DNA of 64,000 nt from Kiritimatiellia bacterium (GCA_017481725.1 JAFUOX010000098.1:43168-107167); one strand, 5' to 3'; positions 34,921 through 44,973 are shown, counted from the first letter of the stretch. The notes: generated by a model from the letters alone, not told the origin. Translations and numbers: made by a program.

Positions 34921-36918
34921 ATGATGGCAAAAGCTAAAAAAACAACAACAAAAGCAAGTACAGCAGCTGCTAAGCCAGCTGCACCAGCAATTCAGAAGCG
35001 CGAGACTCTACGTATTACAGATACAACACTTCGTGATGCACATCAATCTCTATGGGCAACACGGCTACGCACTAATGACATCATGGATATTATTGATGTT
35101 ATGGATAATGCTGGCTTCTATTCTTTAGAGTGCTGGGGTGGTGCAACATTTGATGTTTGCATGCGTTTCCTACGTGAGAATCCATGGGAGCGTTTGCGCC
35201 AGATAAAGGCTCATGCAAAGAATACTCCATTGCAAATGCTAATTCGCGGTCAGAATATTCTTGGTTATCGTAATTATGCAGATGATTTGTTGGAGCGCTT
35301 TATTGCTCTAGCAGCACAGAATGGTATTGATATTTTCCGTACCTTTGATGCTCTAAATGATAATCGTAATATTGAGAAGTCAATCAAATTTATTAAGCGC
35401 TATGGTGCTCACGCACAAGGTACAATCTGCTACACAATTAGCCCAGTTCACACAATTGAGAAGTATGTAGAGATTGCTCGTGAGCAAGAGCAGATGGGTG
35501 TTGATTCTATTTGTATCAAGGATATGGCAGGTATTCTATCTCCTCTTGTTGCAAAGAATCTTGTTTCTGCACTTACAAAGGCTGTTAAGGTGCCAATTCA
35601 AATTCACTCACATGCAACAAGTGGTATGGCAGTTCCTGCATACCTAGAGGGTGTTCTTGCTGGTGCTGGTGCAATTGACTGTGCAGTTTCTTCAATGGCA
35701 GGTTTCTCTTCTCAGCCTCCAGTTGAAACAATGCTTTCAATCTTTGAAGAAACTCAGTTTAATGCTAATATTGATCGCGATGCAATTCGTAAAATTAATG
35801 CTCACTTCCTAAAGCTTCGCCCAACACGCGAGCCAAATCATAGCATGCCTTCTATCATTGATCCAGAAATTCTTGTTCATAATATTCCTGGTGGTATGAT
35901 TTCTAACCTACGCTCACAGCTAGCTCAGCAGGATGCTCTAGGTCGCCTAGATGATGTTCTAACAGAGCTTCCAAAGGTTCGTGCTGATATGGGTTATCCT
36001 CCTCTAGTAACTCCTACAAGTCAAATTGTTGGAGTTCAGGCTGTACTTAACGTGCTTTCTGGCGAACGCTATAGCATGATCACTCAGGAAACTCGTGATT
36101 ATGTTAAGGGCCTATATGGTGCAGCTCCTGCTCCAATCGATGCAAAGCTAAAGAAGAAGATTCTTGGTAAGGAAAAGGCAATTACATGCCGTCCTGCTGA
36201 TTTGTTAAAGCCAAATCTACCAGGATGCGTAGATGAGGTAGAACCACATCTAATCAAGAGCGAAGAGGATATTATTTCCTTCTGCTTGTTCCCAGAGCCA
36301 GCTTTATCATACTTTACATGGCGTGATCTTCCTCCAGAGCAGCGCCCAGCAATCCCAGCTGATGAGGAGCTAGAGGCTCGCCGTAAGGCAAAGCTTGGTG
36401 CTCAGGCAACGGAGGCTGCTCGCCCAATTATGGCTCAGTCAGATTATGCTGCTCTTGAGGGCTTGATGACAACAGTTAAGCAGCTAGGTATCTCAGAGCT
36501 TACAATTCGTCGCAATGATGTAGCTGTTAGCTTGAAGGATTCTGCTGCTCATGCAATGCCAGTTGCTCCATTAGCACCTGCTGCAGCTCCATTGGCACCA
36601 GCTCCAATTGATCCTGCAATTGCTGCAACTTCACCTGCAACAATCTCAGAGGATAAGCCAACAAGTAATGCAACAAATCTTCCAACAATTGAGGCTCCTC
36701 TAACAGGTACCTTCTATCGTAGTGCAGGTGTTAATAAGCCTGCTCTAGTAGAGGAGGGTGGCTCTGTTAAGGCTGGAGAAGCTTTCTGTATTATCGAAGC
36801 AATGAAGCTCTTTAATCAAATTAAAGCTGAGAAGCCATGCAAGATTGTTAAGTTCATTGCACAACATGGTAAGGTTGTTCAAAAAGGTGCACCAATTGCT
36901 ATAGTTGAATATCTATAA
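34921..36918 (+). CDS. Oxaloacetate decarboxylase alpha / pyruvate carboxylase subunit B-type carboxyltransferase with C-terminal biotinyl domain
   Basis: It has ITDTTLRDAHQSLWATR, an Ala/Pro-rich linker, and the biotinylation motif CIIEAMKLFNQI. No oadB/oadG is adjacent. Confidence 0.85.
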   Translation: MMAKAKKTTTKASTAAAKPAAPAIQKRETLRITDTTLRDAHQSLWATRLRTNDIMDIIDVMDNAGFYSLECWGGATFDVCMRFLRENPWERLRQIKAHAKNTPLQMLIRGQNILGYRNYADDLLERFIALAAQNGIDIFRTFDALNDNRNIEKSIKFIKRYGAHAQGTICYTISPVHTIEKYVEIAREQEQMGVDSICIKDMAGILSPLVAKNLVSALTKAVKVPIQIHSHATSGMAVPAYLEGVLAGAGAIDCAVSSMAGFSSQPPVETMLSIFEETQFNANIDRDAIRKINAHFLKLRPTREPNHSMPSIIDPEILVHNIPGGMISNLRSQLAQQDALGRLDDVLTELPKVRADMGYPPLVTPTSQIVGVQAVLNVLSGERYSMITQETRDYVKGLYGAAPAPIDAKLKKKILGKEKAITCRPADLLKPNLPGCVDEVEPHLIKSEEDIISFCLFPEPALSYFTWRDLPPEQRPAIPADEELEARRKAKLGAQATEAARPIMAQSDYAALEGLMTTVKQLGISELTIRRNDVAVSLKDSAAHAMPVAPLAPAAAPLAPAPIDPAIAATSPATISEDKPTSNATNLPTIEAPLTGTFYRSAGVNKPALVEEGGSVKAGEAFCIIEAMKLFNQIKAEKPCKIVKFIAQHGKVVQKGAPIAIVEYL

Positions 36919-36941
36919 TAAAATCAAAATATAGAATAAAT

Positions 36942-36969
36942 AAAAAGGCGTCCTTCGGGGCGCCTTTTT
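36942..36969 (+). terminator. Rho-independent terminator
   Basis: The structure is aaaaa-GGCGTCC-ttcg-GGGCGCC-ttttt. Confidence 0.85.
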
Positions 36970-37219
36970 GCTTTTATAAAGCATAGGAATATCATGCTGA
37001 CTTTTAATTGAATGTTAGAGTTTGTATCACATGACGTTATTTTTTAAAGAATTGTAAAAAAAGTTAATTATTTAATATTTTTTTTGTTTACTTTAATTAA
37101 AATATTCGCTATAATAATAGCCGTAATTAAATATAAACCAGTATTAGGTTTTAATTACTAAATGAAATAATCATATAGAGTTAGCCGACAACGGCTTTGC
37201 TAGTACACAAGGAGAAATT

Positions 37220-37789
37220 ATGGAATACACATACAATGTATATCAAATTTTGCGTAATCATGAGATTGAGGAAGCGAAGAGATTAAGTGAGCTTAATGCT
37301 CAAACCACTAGAAAACGTGGTAGGCCAAGAAGGCCTACTCTCGTTAAGTCTGAGCCAGATTATGTAAAACAGCTTTCGCACCTTAGTGGTAGCCAAATAA
37401 CAAATCTTGTATGTCAAGGGAAGATTTCTCCTAAGTATATTCAAGACTGGAGTGTATTCAGCGATTTGGATAAAGCACGGATTATAGTTAAGCATCCAGA
37501 AATGTTTTTTGATTTTAGGGAGCCATATTTTTCTAAGCTTTCAACAATAGCTGTTGCATATTTAATTTCGAAGAATGTCTCTTTTGTACGTTATTTGCAC
37601 ACACTTGATAAGCTCAGCGTGGCAGAGTGGGAGTATGTATTGAAAAGAAGACCCTTCTTGATAGAAGATTGCTCATGTAGAGAAAAGCTATCTCAAGAAA
37701 CTAAAGCATATATACTGTCTAAATATGATATGGCTTACAAAGTCTTTGAAGTGCAAAATTCTGAAAGACAAAAGGAATTGGTTGCATAG
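37220..37789 (+). CDS. Hypothetical protein with AT-hook-like basic motif
   Basis: It has an RBS AAGGAGA and the motif TTRKRGRPRRPT near the N-terminus. No other recognisable motif was found. It is flanked by AT-rich DNA. Confidence 0.5.
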   Translation: MEYTYNVYQILRNHEIEEAKRLSELNAQTTRKRGRPRRPTLVKSEPDYVKQLSHLSGSQITNLVCQGKISPKYIQDWSVFSDLDKARIIVKHPEMFFDFREPYFSKLSTIAVAYLISKNVSFVRYLHTLDKLSVAEWEYVLKRRPFLIEDCSCREKLSQETKAYILSKYDMAYKVFEVQNSERQKELVA

Positions 37790-37848
37790 CAATCAATGTG
37801 CAAACCACACAACAATCTATGTAAAAAAACAAAACTCAACAAGCGAGA

Positions 37849-37877
37849 TTGATTTGTATTGCGCTAAATGGTAAAAT
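37849..37877 (+). promoter_or_regulatory. Sigma70-like promoter candidate upstream of the GH29 gene
   Basis: The pattern is TTGATT, a 17-bp spacer, then TAAAAT. Confidence 0.35.
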
Positions 37878-37946
37878 AGTTGTATATAAAGTGAGTTTGC
37901 TTGCTAGTTTTTGCAGGCGAGAATATCGTAAGAAGAAGTTAATACT

Positions 37947-39269
37947 ATGAAATTATCTGATGCACATAAAGCAAGATTGGAGAGAACCATGAAATGGTTT
38001 GCTCCTGCGCGTTTTGGTATGTTCTATCACTATGGTTTATACACAGGTGGTGGTTGCTCCGTAGCTATTGAGGATGATATTTACGAGAGCCGAATGAAGT
38101 ATGAAACCGCAGAGGAGTTTGAAGCAGCAACACCAGGTCCAGAGGCTGTTGCAGCTAATATGGCTCAAGCAGCAAAGGATATTGGTGCAAAGTATGCCAT
38201 TCTAACTGCTGTTCACACCGGTGATGCTATAACTGTTCTTTTCCCAACGAAAAACCCAACCTTCTACCATAAAACAAAGGGCGATTATGTTGGCGAATTT
38301 ATTAAGGCATGCAATGCGAGAGAAATTAAACCATTCTTGTACCTGCCAATGGGCTTTGGCGGTTGGGAACAGGCTCCATATGGTCCATGTATTGACCCAA
38401 AGGTTGGCGAGCAAGGCTTTCCTGCATATTATACGCTTTTGTGTGAGCTTATAAAGGAGATTTATGACCGCTATGGTAAGGCTCTAGCAGGACTTTGGCT
38501 TGATGGCCGCCCTGAATTTGGTATGGAGCGTATTCCTGCATATATTCGCTCCTTGTGGGGTGATGATATTATTATCACAAATAATGCTGCAGCTGAGCTA
38601 GATGTCCCAGAAACAGATTTCGGCACATCAGAGGAGCATGAAGATCCTTGTTCTCCTGCATACAATCGTTGGAGCGGTTATCGTCGCAATGGTCGTTGGG
38701 GTGCAACACCACCACGCCGCGATTTTAATGAGGATATTCCTACACCCAACTATTGGTGGTATAATGGTCCTGGAAGATTTAAACCAGAATATTTAAATGA
38801 CAGATTCTTCCTTTTGCGCGAATTTTGTTGTGCAATGGGGCAGCGTGGTATTTGGAATTTTGCTCCTGGTATTGGCCCAATGATTGATGGGACAATGCCA
38901 CCAGAGATATTGCCATCCCTAAAGGCTATCCAAGATTTTCTTGAGTGGGGTAGTGAGGCTATTTACAACACAAAGGGTGCAGAGGCAACAATTATGACTC
39001 CGGGCTACTTTGATCACCATAATAGTATTGGTTTCTGCTCAATCACGACTCCTTATGCAAACCCAAATACCTTTTATGTGCTTGTAACCCAAACTCCTTT
39101 AAAGGGTTTTGCTCTGTTTGAAACAGCTGGCTATGTGCCAAAACGCATAACAGATTTGCGTACAGGTGAGGAGCTTTCTTTTGAAATGTGGAGTGGACCA
39201 TACCTAGAGGGCGTTGATTGGAGCGATGTTGATACATACGGTGTTAAGGTTCTTAAATTTGAATTTTGA
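37947..39269 (+). CDS. Alpha-L-fucosidase (GH29)
   Basis: MKWFAPARFGMFYHYGLYT resembles the GH29 N-terminal W..ARFGMF.HWG block. Length is 440 aa. Confidence 0.8.
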   Translation: MKLSDAHKARLERTMKWFAPARFGMFYHYGLYTGGGCSVAIEDDIYESRMKYETAEEFEAATPGPEAVAANMAQAAKDIGAKYAILTAVHTGDAITVLFPTKNPTFYHKTKGDYVGEFIKACNAREIKPFLYLPMGFGGWEQAPYGPCIDPKVGEQGFPAYYTLLCELIKEIYDRYGKALAGLWLDGRPEFGMERIPAYIRSLWGDDIIITNNAAAELDVPETDFGTSEEHEDPCSPAYNRWSGYRRNGRWGATPPRRDFNEDIPTPNYWWYNGPGRFKPEYLNDRFFLLREFCCAMGQRGIWNFAPGIGPMIDGTMPPEILPSLKAIQDFLEWGSEAIYNTKGAEATIMTPGYFDHHNSIGFCSITTPYANPNTFYVLVTQTPLKGFALFETAGYVPKRITDLRTGEELSFEMWSGPYLEGVDWSDVDTYGVKVLKFEF

Positions 39270-39283
39270 TGTACACATGTGCT

Positions 39284-39640
39284 AGATGCACGTGATGCAC
39301 GTGATGCGGAGCGTGATGCACGTGATGCCAAAGGGACGCAGAGACGCGGAGGCCGCAGAGGTCGCAGAGCCGTGACGCCGAAAAATACACTAGCGGAATG
39401 AGGTTTGCCTTGACTATTGCTATTCTTTTGAAGCAATTGGGCAAACCTCATCCACTAGTGTGCTCGCTCAAAAGCTTACTAAGACGCGGAGGCGATGCAT
39501 TATAATAAATGAAGAATGAAGAATAAGAATGAAGAATTCAGGTAGAGTTGAGTGGTTTTTTCTACATTCTCGCGTCTAATCTCGTCTGCTGCGTCCTCTG
39601 CGTCGCAGCGTCCCTTCTTGCACTTTTAGCTGCGTCCCAC
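39284..39640. repeat. Mosaic intergenic repeat, copy R3
   Basis: It contains gatgcacgt 9-mers at 39285-39329 and a gacgcagag run. A 130-bp hairpin module (39353-39482) is bounded by gacgcggagg at 39343-39352 and 39483-39492. ataataaatgaagaatgaag runs follow, then inverted gacgcag motifs. Confidence 0.85.
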
Positions 39641-39778
39641 ATTTTTGGGAATATGACCTAATTACTCTTACTCGTTTAATTATGCAGCTTTCCGTTTGCT
39701 TTGCTTCTTGACTTTACCCATTAAGATAAAGTAAAATTCTATATATAAAAATAACCTTTAATTTGAGTGGAGAAAAAT

Positions 39779-42004
39779 ATGGAAAATATCCCTTTATATA
39801 AGGATGCTTCTCAACCAGTAGAAGCACGTGTAGAAGATTTGTTAAGTCGTATGACAATGGAAGAAAAGATTGGTCAGATGACCCAATCTTATGGTGGTGA
39901 GTATGCTTCAGAAGAGGAGTATGTTGCTGCAATTCGTGCTGGAAAGATAGGCTCACGCATTGGCTGCGATACACCATGGGCAGGTTCTGCTCCTGTAAAA
40001 GGTATTAATGTGGTGCAGTCAAATGCACACCAAAAGGTTGCTGTAGAAGAATCCCGCCTTGGTATCCCACTAATCAATGGTCGCGATATTATTCACGGGC
40101 ACCGCACAGTCGCACCAATCCCTCTAGCTCAGGCAGCAAGCTTTGACCCAGAAGAGGTAAAGGCATCGGCACGTACTGCTGCAATTGAGTGCTCAGCACA
40201 AAGCATCCACTGGACATTTGCCCCTATGATGGATATTTGCCGCAACCCAAGATGGGGTCGTGTAATTGAGACACTTGGTGAGGACCCATATTTGGCAGAA
40301 GAGATGGCTGTTGCAATGACACAGGGCTTCCAAGGTGATGATCAAACTAAAGAGGATTGCATTGCTGCATGTGCTAAGCATTTTGCTGGTTATGGCTATT
40401 GTGAGGGTGGCCGCGATTATGATGCTAGTGAGATTTCTCGCGGAACCTTGCACAATGTTGTTTTGCGTCCATTCAAGGCAGCGGTTACGCGTGGTAAGAT
40501 TTCCACAATTATGACAAGCTTCCAGGATAATGGTGGCACACCATCATCTTCTTCAAACTTCCTATTGCGTGAGATGCTACGTGAGGGTTGGGGCTTTGAT
40601 GGCTTTGTAGTAAGTGACTGGGGTTCAATCCAACAGGTTGAGCTATGGGGAGCAGCCCAAGACAAGAAGGATGTTGTACGCAAATGCTTGTTATCTGGCG
40701 TAAATATGGAAATGATTAATAATCTTTATCCAAAGTATGTCGCAGAGCTAGTCGCAGAGGGTGAAGTACCTCAGCAGATTGTTGACGATTTAGTTCGTGG
40801 TATTTTGCGCATTAAGTTCCGTCTTGGCTTATTTGAAAAGCCATACGTTGATATAGAGGAGCGTGCAAAGGATATTCGTAAGCCAGAGGCAATTGCAGCA
40901 GTCCGTAAGCAAGCTGCAAATTGTATGGTTTTAGCAGAGAATAATGGAATACTTCCTCTTGAGGGGGATGCATTAAAGGGCTTGCGCATTGCTCTTGTTG
41001 GTCCAATGGTAAACGAGCGTCGTTCAATGGGTGGTGCTTGGAATACAGGAGGCTTTACAGAGGAATTTACAACAATTCATGAGGCATTCAAAGAGGCAGA
41101 GAAGAAGTATGGCTTTAAGCTAATCGTTCATGATTCTGAGCTATGGGATGCACAGGTTCGTACAGCAGCATTTTTGGCAGATATGATTATCTGCTGCGTT
41201 GGTGAGCACTGCGATATGACTGGTGAGATGCCATCTATTTCAAAATATCGTTTGCCTCTTGGCCAGGATGATTTAATAGAGGCAGTTCGCTCAACAGGTA
41301 AGCCATTTGTTGTTGTATGCACATCTGGTCGCCCACTTCCAGTTCCTGGTGCACGCGATTTTGCTGATGCATTACTATATTCATGGCATGGTGGTGGCGA
41401 GACCGCTCGTGCGATTGTTGATGTAATTTTTGGTGAGGCAGAGCCAACAGGTCGCTTCCCAATTACAGTTCCAGAGCATGAGGGACAGATTCCTATTTAT
41501 TACGGACGAAAGATTCCTGGTAAAGTGGTTGAGTGCAATAAGGATCGCTTCAACAAGGAGCTTAAAGGTCAGTTAGATAAGCCATGGATTTATGGTAGCT
41601 ATGAATACTTCCTTCCAATGTATCCATTTGGTTATGGCTTGAGCTATACAGAGTTTGCTCTGTCTGATATTAAGCTAGCAGCGGAAGAAATTCCTTATGG
41701 AGGCACAAATAAGGTAACAGCAATTGTTGAAAACATTGGTAACCGTGCAGGCACCACGGTTGTTCAGTGCTACTTGGCAGATCCACGCTGCATGATTTCT
41801 CGCCCTTGTAAGGAGCTAATTGGATTCAAGAAACTTCGTTTAGAGGCAGGCGAGAAGCGTGAAATTGAGTTTGAGATTGGTGAGCCAGCAATGGGCTTCT
41901 ATGATGAAAATGGCGTACGCCACGTAGAGGCAGGCGAGTTCAAGATTGGTGTCGGCTTCGATAGCGACGTTGACCTTGATATGAGCTTCACTATGGCTAA
42001 ATAA
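39779..42004 (+). CDS. Beta-glucosidase (GH3, BglX-like)
   Basis: It has GIPLINGRDIIHG and KHFAGYG, the nucleophile region FVVSDWGS, and a C-terminal FnIII-like domain. The ATG at 39779 with GGAG upstream is preferred over the GTG at 39767. Confidence 0.9.
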   Translation: MENIPLYKDASQPVEARVEDLLSRMTMEEKIGQMTQSYGGEYASEEEYVAAIRAGKIGSRIGCDTPWAGSAPVKGINVVQSNAHQKVAVEESRLGIPLINGRDIIHGHRTVAPIPLAQAASFDPEEVKASARTAAIECSAQSIHWTFAPMMDICRNPRWGRVIETLGEDPYLAEEMAVAMTQGFQGDDQTKEDCIAACAKHFAGYGYCEGGRDYDASEISRGTLHNVVLRPFKAAVTRGKISTIMTSFQDNGGTPSSSSNFLLREMLREGWGFDGFVVSDWGSIQQVELWGAAQDKKDVVRKCLLSGVNMEMINNLYPKYVAELVAEGEVPQQIVDDLVRGILRIKFRLGLFEKPYVDIEERAKDIRKPEAIAAVRKQAANCMVLAENNGILPLEGDALKGLRIALVGPMVNERRSMGGAWNTGGFTEEFTTIHEAFKEAEKKYGFKLIVHDSELWDAQVRTAAFLADMIICCVGEHCDMTGEMPSISKYRLPLGQDDLIEAVRSTGKPFVVVCTSGRPLPVPGARDFADALLYSWHGGGETARAIVDVIFGEAEPTGRFPITVPEHEGQIPIYYGRKIPGKVVECNKDRFNKELKGQLDKPWIYGSYEYFLPMYPFGYGLSYTEFALSDIKLAAEEIPYGGTNKVTAIVENIGNRAGTTVVQCYLADPRCMISRPCKELIGFKKLRLEAGEKREIEFEIGEPAMGFYDENGVRHVEAGEFKIGVGFDSDVDLDMSFTMAK

Positions 42005-42034
42005 TCAAGCGTTTATTAAAACATTTACCAAAAA

Positions 42035-42098
42035 GTGCATGAAACTAATTAAAGTTTTCTTTAAATGACTTTGAATGAGTTTCATGCGCTTTCTTTTT
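42035..42098 (+). terminator. Hairpin plus T-rich tract after the GH3 gene
   Basis: The stem is gtgcatgaaact...agtttcatgc, followed by gctttcttttt. The loop is long, so it may be weak. Confidence 0.4.
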
Positions 42099-42129
42099 AA
42101 TGAACACAATTTGGGAAGGTTGTTTTTGT

Positions 42130-43560
42130 ATGAAAACGAAAATTGCGATAGCTCGCCCATTTGATGGTGTGCCTAAAATTATGCTTCCATCAATAATTGG
42201 TGCTTCCGCGAAAAAGCCAATACTTTATCGTATCCCAGTAATCGGTCAAAGACCCATGAAATATTCCGTAAAAGGATTGCCTAATGGATTGGAATTGAAT
42301 GACAATATTCTTTCTGGAAAGATAGAGTATGATGGTAGCTATGAAATAATTGTTTCTGCAAAAAATGCTTTAGGTGAGTCTGTAAAAAGGATCACACTAG
42401 AAATTGCAAATCAGAATGTGCTTGTAACACCTCTGATGGGATATACCACATGGAATGCTTTTGCAAGTGATGTAACACAAAAAGATGTAGAGGGAATTAC
42501 AAAACGCCTTGTAGAGTTAGGAATAACTGAATTTGGCTATAGCTACATAAATACAGACTCTGGTTGGCAGAAGGAATATGGCGGAAAGTTTGATGCAGTA
42601 ATGCCTAATAGTAAATTCCCAGACATGAAAGCAATGACAGAATATATTCACTCTTTCGGTTTAAAGTGTGGTATTTATTCTACCCCTATGCTTACTGCAT
42701 GGGGGTGCCCAAAGGAATTTGAATCAATTCCTGGGTGCACACAGGGAGAGCCAGATATTCGTTTTTCTTCTACGAATGGAGGTATTGGTGTAATCCGTAA
42801 GGAAAGAAATAACGCACTTCAATTTGAGGATTGGGGTTTTGATTATTTGAAGTACGATTGGTCTCCGACAGACCCAGTGAATGCGGAATATATGCGTTCA
42901 GAGCTAGTAAAGCTTTCTAGAGATTTTGGATTCTGCGTCACAGTTACAGCAATAAAGGGCTATCCATATTGGTCACACTATTGTCATTCATATCGTTCTA
43001 ATAGAGACTCTTATTGTTATTGGGATAACTTAGTAGAAAACTACACCACATATTTCAATTTCATGGATGAGGTCTGTAAGGGGCATTATTTCGATTTAGA
43101 TATGCTTGATATAGGTACCTGCAGAGCTCATCATATTGCAAACTTATTGACGGATGATGAGAAGGTTGTTGCATTTACGATGCGTGCTTTTTTCAATTCG
43201 CCAATTCAAATTAGTAGTACTCTTGAAAATATCTCAGATTTGGAGCTTTCTATATATTGCAATGAAGAAATTTTGGCGATTAATCAGGATTGTGCCTTTA
43301 ATACTTCATTACCAATCGTGAGAGTAAACGAGGGCTCTCATAAATATGACATATTTGAAAAGCGGCTTGAGGATGGCTCATATGCTTATGCAATATTTAA
43401 TCTTGGTGAGGTAGAGGAGTGTATAGAATTGACCACAGATGCTTCTATAATAAGAGATGTATGGGCAAAAGAAGATGTTTCTTCCAATGGGAATTTCTCA
43501 TTTTCTGTATTTCCACATACCGTGAAGGTCTTACGGATAGATTCAAAAGCAATTTTTTAA
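42130..43560 (+). CDS. Alpha-galactosidase (GH27) with N-terminal Ig-like domain
   Basis: It has MGYTTWNAF (compare GH27 MGWNSWN) and FDYLKYDWS (compare DYLKYDNC). The ATG at 42130 is preferred over the track start at 42100. Confidence 0.8.
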   Translation: MKTKIAIARPFDGVPKIMLPSIIGASAKKPILYRIPVIGQRPMKYSVKGLPNGLELNDNILSGKIEYDGSYEIIVSAKNALGESVKRITLEIANQNVLVTPLMGYTTWNAFASDVTQKDVEGITKRLVELGITEFGYSYINTDSGWQKEYGGKFDAVMPNSKFPDMKAMTEYIHSFGLKCGIYSTPMLTAWGCPKEFESIPGCTQGEPDIRFSSTNGGIGVIRKERNNALQFEDWGFDYLKYDWSPTDPVNAEYMRSELVKLSRDFGFCVTVTAIKGYPYWSHYCHSYRSNRDSYCYWDNLVENYTTYFNFMDEVCKGHYFDLDMLDIGTCRAHHIANLLTDDEKVVAFTMRAFFNSPIQISSTLENISDLELSIYCNEEILAINQDCAFNTSLPIVRVNEGSHKYDIFEKRLEDGSYAYAIFNLGEVEECIELTTDASIIRDVWAKEDVSSNGNFSFSVFPHTVKVLRIDSKAIF

Positions 43561-43612
43561 ATTCAATAGTAGTCTTTTTGTAAGAAATTTATTTTAATTT
43601 GAGAAAGGACTT

Positions 43613-43702
43613 ATTTTTTTACGTTTACAACGGTCTTAATTCTATAAAAACCCTTTATTTTTTTTCAACCCTTAAATCGTGCATTTAATTTTACAGAAAA
43701 CA
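43613..43702 (+). repeat. 90-bp direct repeat, copy 1
   Basis: It is identical base for base, by eye, to 44976-45065: atttttttacgtttacaacggtcttaattctataaaaaccctttattttttttcaacccttaaatcgtgcatttaattttacagaaaaca. Confidence 0.9.
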
Positions 43703-43738
43703 GCATTTTATAATTAAGCTATAAGAAAATAGTTTTTA

Positions 43739-43766
43739 TTGAAAAATTTACCCATTATGATACAAT
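43739..43766 (+). promoter_or_regulatory. Sigma70-like promoter candidate for the Zn-ribbon nuclease gene
   Basis: The pattern is TTGAAA, a 16-bp spacer, then TACAAT, about 30 bp upstream of the start codon. Confidence 0.4.
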
Positions 43767-43798
43767 AAATTTAGATTTAAATTTAGAAAGGTTTATAT

Positions 43799-44749
43799 AT
43801 GGCTTGTAATTTATGTGGCAACCCTAGCGGTAAATATTTTCTTTGTGCAAAATGTAATGAATTAAAAAACGAAGGAAAAGTTTTAAAGTGTTCAACGTGC
43901 GGTAAATGGCATTATGCTGATAAGCCATGCGAATGCAACAAAACAAATTCTCACGAAAATAATACTGCTGAAATAAAATCCACACCAAAGACTGAAACTA
44001 ACAATAATACAGTGAAAACGTGTATTATTTGTGGTGAAAAAGCCCCTAATGGATATTTTTGCAGAACCTGTTATTATGAAATGAAGGATTTTAAAGAAAG
44101 CTTTGATAAAAACTCAAAAGTCTTTGATATGAAAGATTATTATTTCAATCTTCGTTCAAACATTTATCGAATGAAAACTTTTGATTTTATCAAAAATAAT
44201 TGCAACAAACTTTCTGCAATAGCAAATTTTGTGTCAGAATTATACAATGATTCTTCTCTAACTGACAGATATATTAATGACATAAAAGAAATTATCCAAA
44301 CAAAAAAGCCAAAAGAAGAAACAAATGTTTCAGAAGAAATTAAACAAAAAGATAGTCACAAGGAAGAGCTTCGTCGTACATGTGATGGGCACTATGTAAA
44401 AAGTGATCCTGAAATTATCATTGACGATATTTTATATGAAAATAGAATTGTTCATTGTTATGAGAAAAAGGTCCCCATAGATTCTGATGAACAATCAATA
44501 AAATGCGATTGGTTCATACCTGTAACAGACAGTCGTCATGGAATTTACATTGAATATTGGGGTATGAATACGAAGGACTATATACAAAACAAAGAACGCA
44601 AACGCAAGGCATATAAAGATTACGATATTCCTTTAATAGAAATAGAAAAAGACGATCCAAAGGATCGCCAAAGCCTTACTGACAGAATAATTTTAGAAAT
44701 AAACAAGTTAGCTCGAACCTATTTTAATGTGTCAAATTATCTTAAATAA
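43799..44749 (+). CDS. Zn-ribbon protein with C-terminal PD-(D/E)xK-like nuclease domain
   Basis: There are three CxxC pairs (CNLC...CAKC, CSTC, CIIC...CRTC). The C-terminus reads KSDPEIIIDDILYENRI...KCDWFIPV...GIYIEYWG...KRKAYKDYDIPLIEI. It resembles the nuclease module at the N-terminus of helicase IV-like proteins. Confidence 0.6.
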   Translation: MACNLCGNPSGKYFLCAKCNELKNEGKVLKCSTCGKWHYADKPCECNKTNSHENNTAEIKSTPKTETNNNTVKTCIICGEKAPNGYFCRTCYYEMKDFKESFDKNSKVFDMKDYYFNLRSNIYRMKTFDFIKNNCNKLSAIANFVSELYNDSSLTDRYINDIKEIIQTKKPKEETNVSEEIKQKDSHKEELRRTCDGHYVKSDPEIIIDDILYENRIVHCYEKKVPIDSDEQSIKCDWFIPVTDSRHGIYIEYWGMNTKDYIQNKERKRKAYKDYDIPLIEIEKDDPKDRQSLTDRIILEINKLARTYFNVSNYLK

Positions 44750-44877
44750 AGCATTACTCCCTTTGAATTAAATATTCAAATACTTGAGAGAGGTGGCAAT
44801 ACATCAAGCATATTGATAATTTATAAGCATTACCATACAACTAATTATCCGAAAATACGACAGCATTAGGGGGAGAC

Positions 44878-44973
44878 TTAAGGTTTACATGTTGGGTATG
44901 TAGTTTTGTCGGTTTCAGTTATTGGGCGAATTACCTTGCAGGGGACACCGACAGCAACGACATTTGCTGGAAT
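44878..44973 (-). pseudogene. 3'-terminal remnant of a hexapeptide-repeat sugar O-acetyltransferase (LacA/Maa-like)
   Basis: The minus strand translates to IPANVVAVGVPCKVIRPITETDKTTYPTCKP*. This closely resembles the LacA C-terminus as I recall it (...IPPNVVAAGVPCRVIREINDRDK...). The homology stops exactly at the 90-bp repeat. Confidence 0.7.

Noticed and set aside
34921-36918. Interpreting the OadA-like gene as part of a sodium-pumping oxaloacetate decarboxylase.
   Set aside because: No oadB or oadG membrane subunit genes are adjacent. I keep the call generic, as a 5S-type carboxyltransferase with a biotinyl domain.
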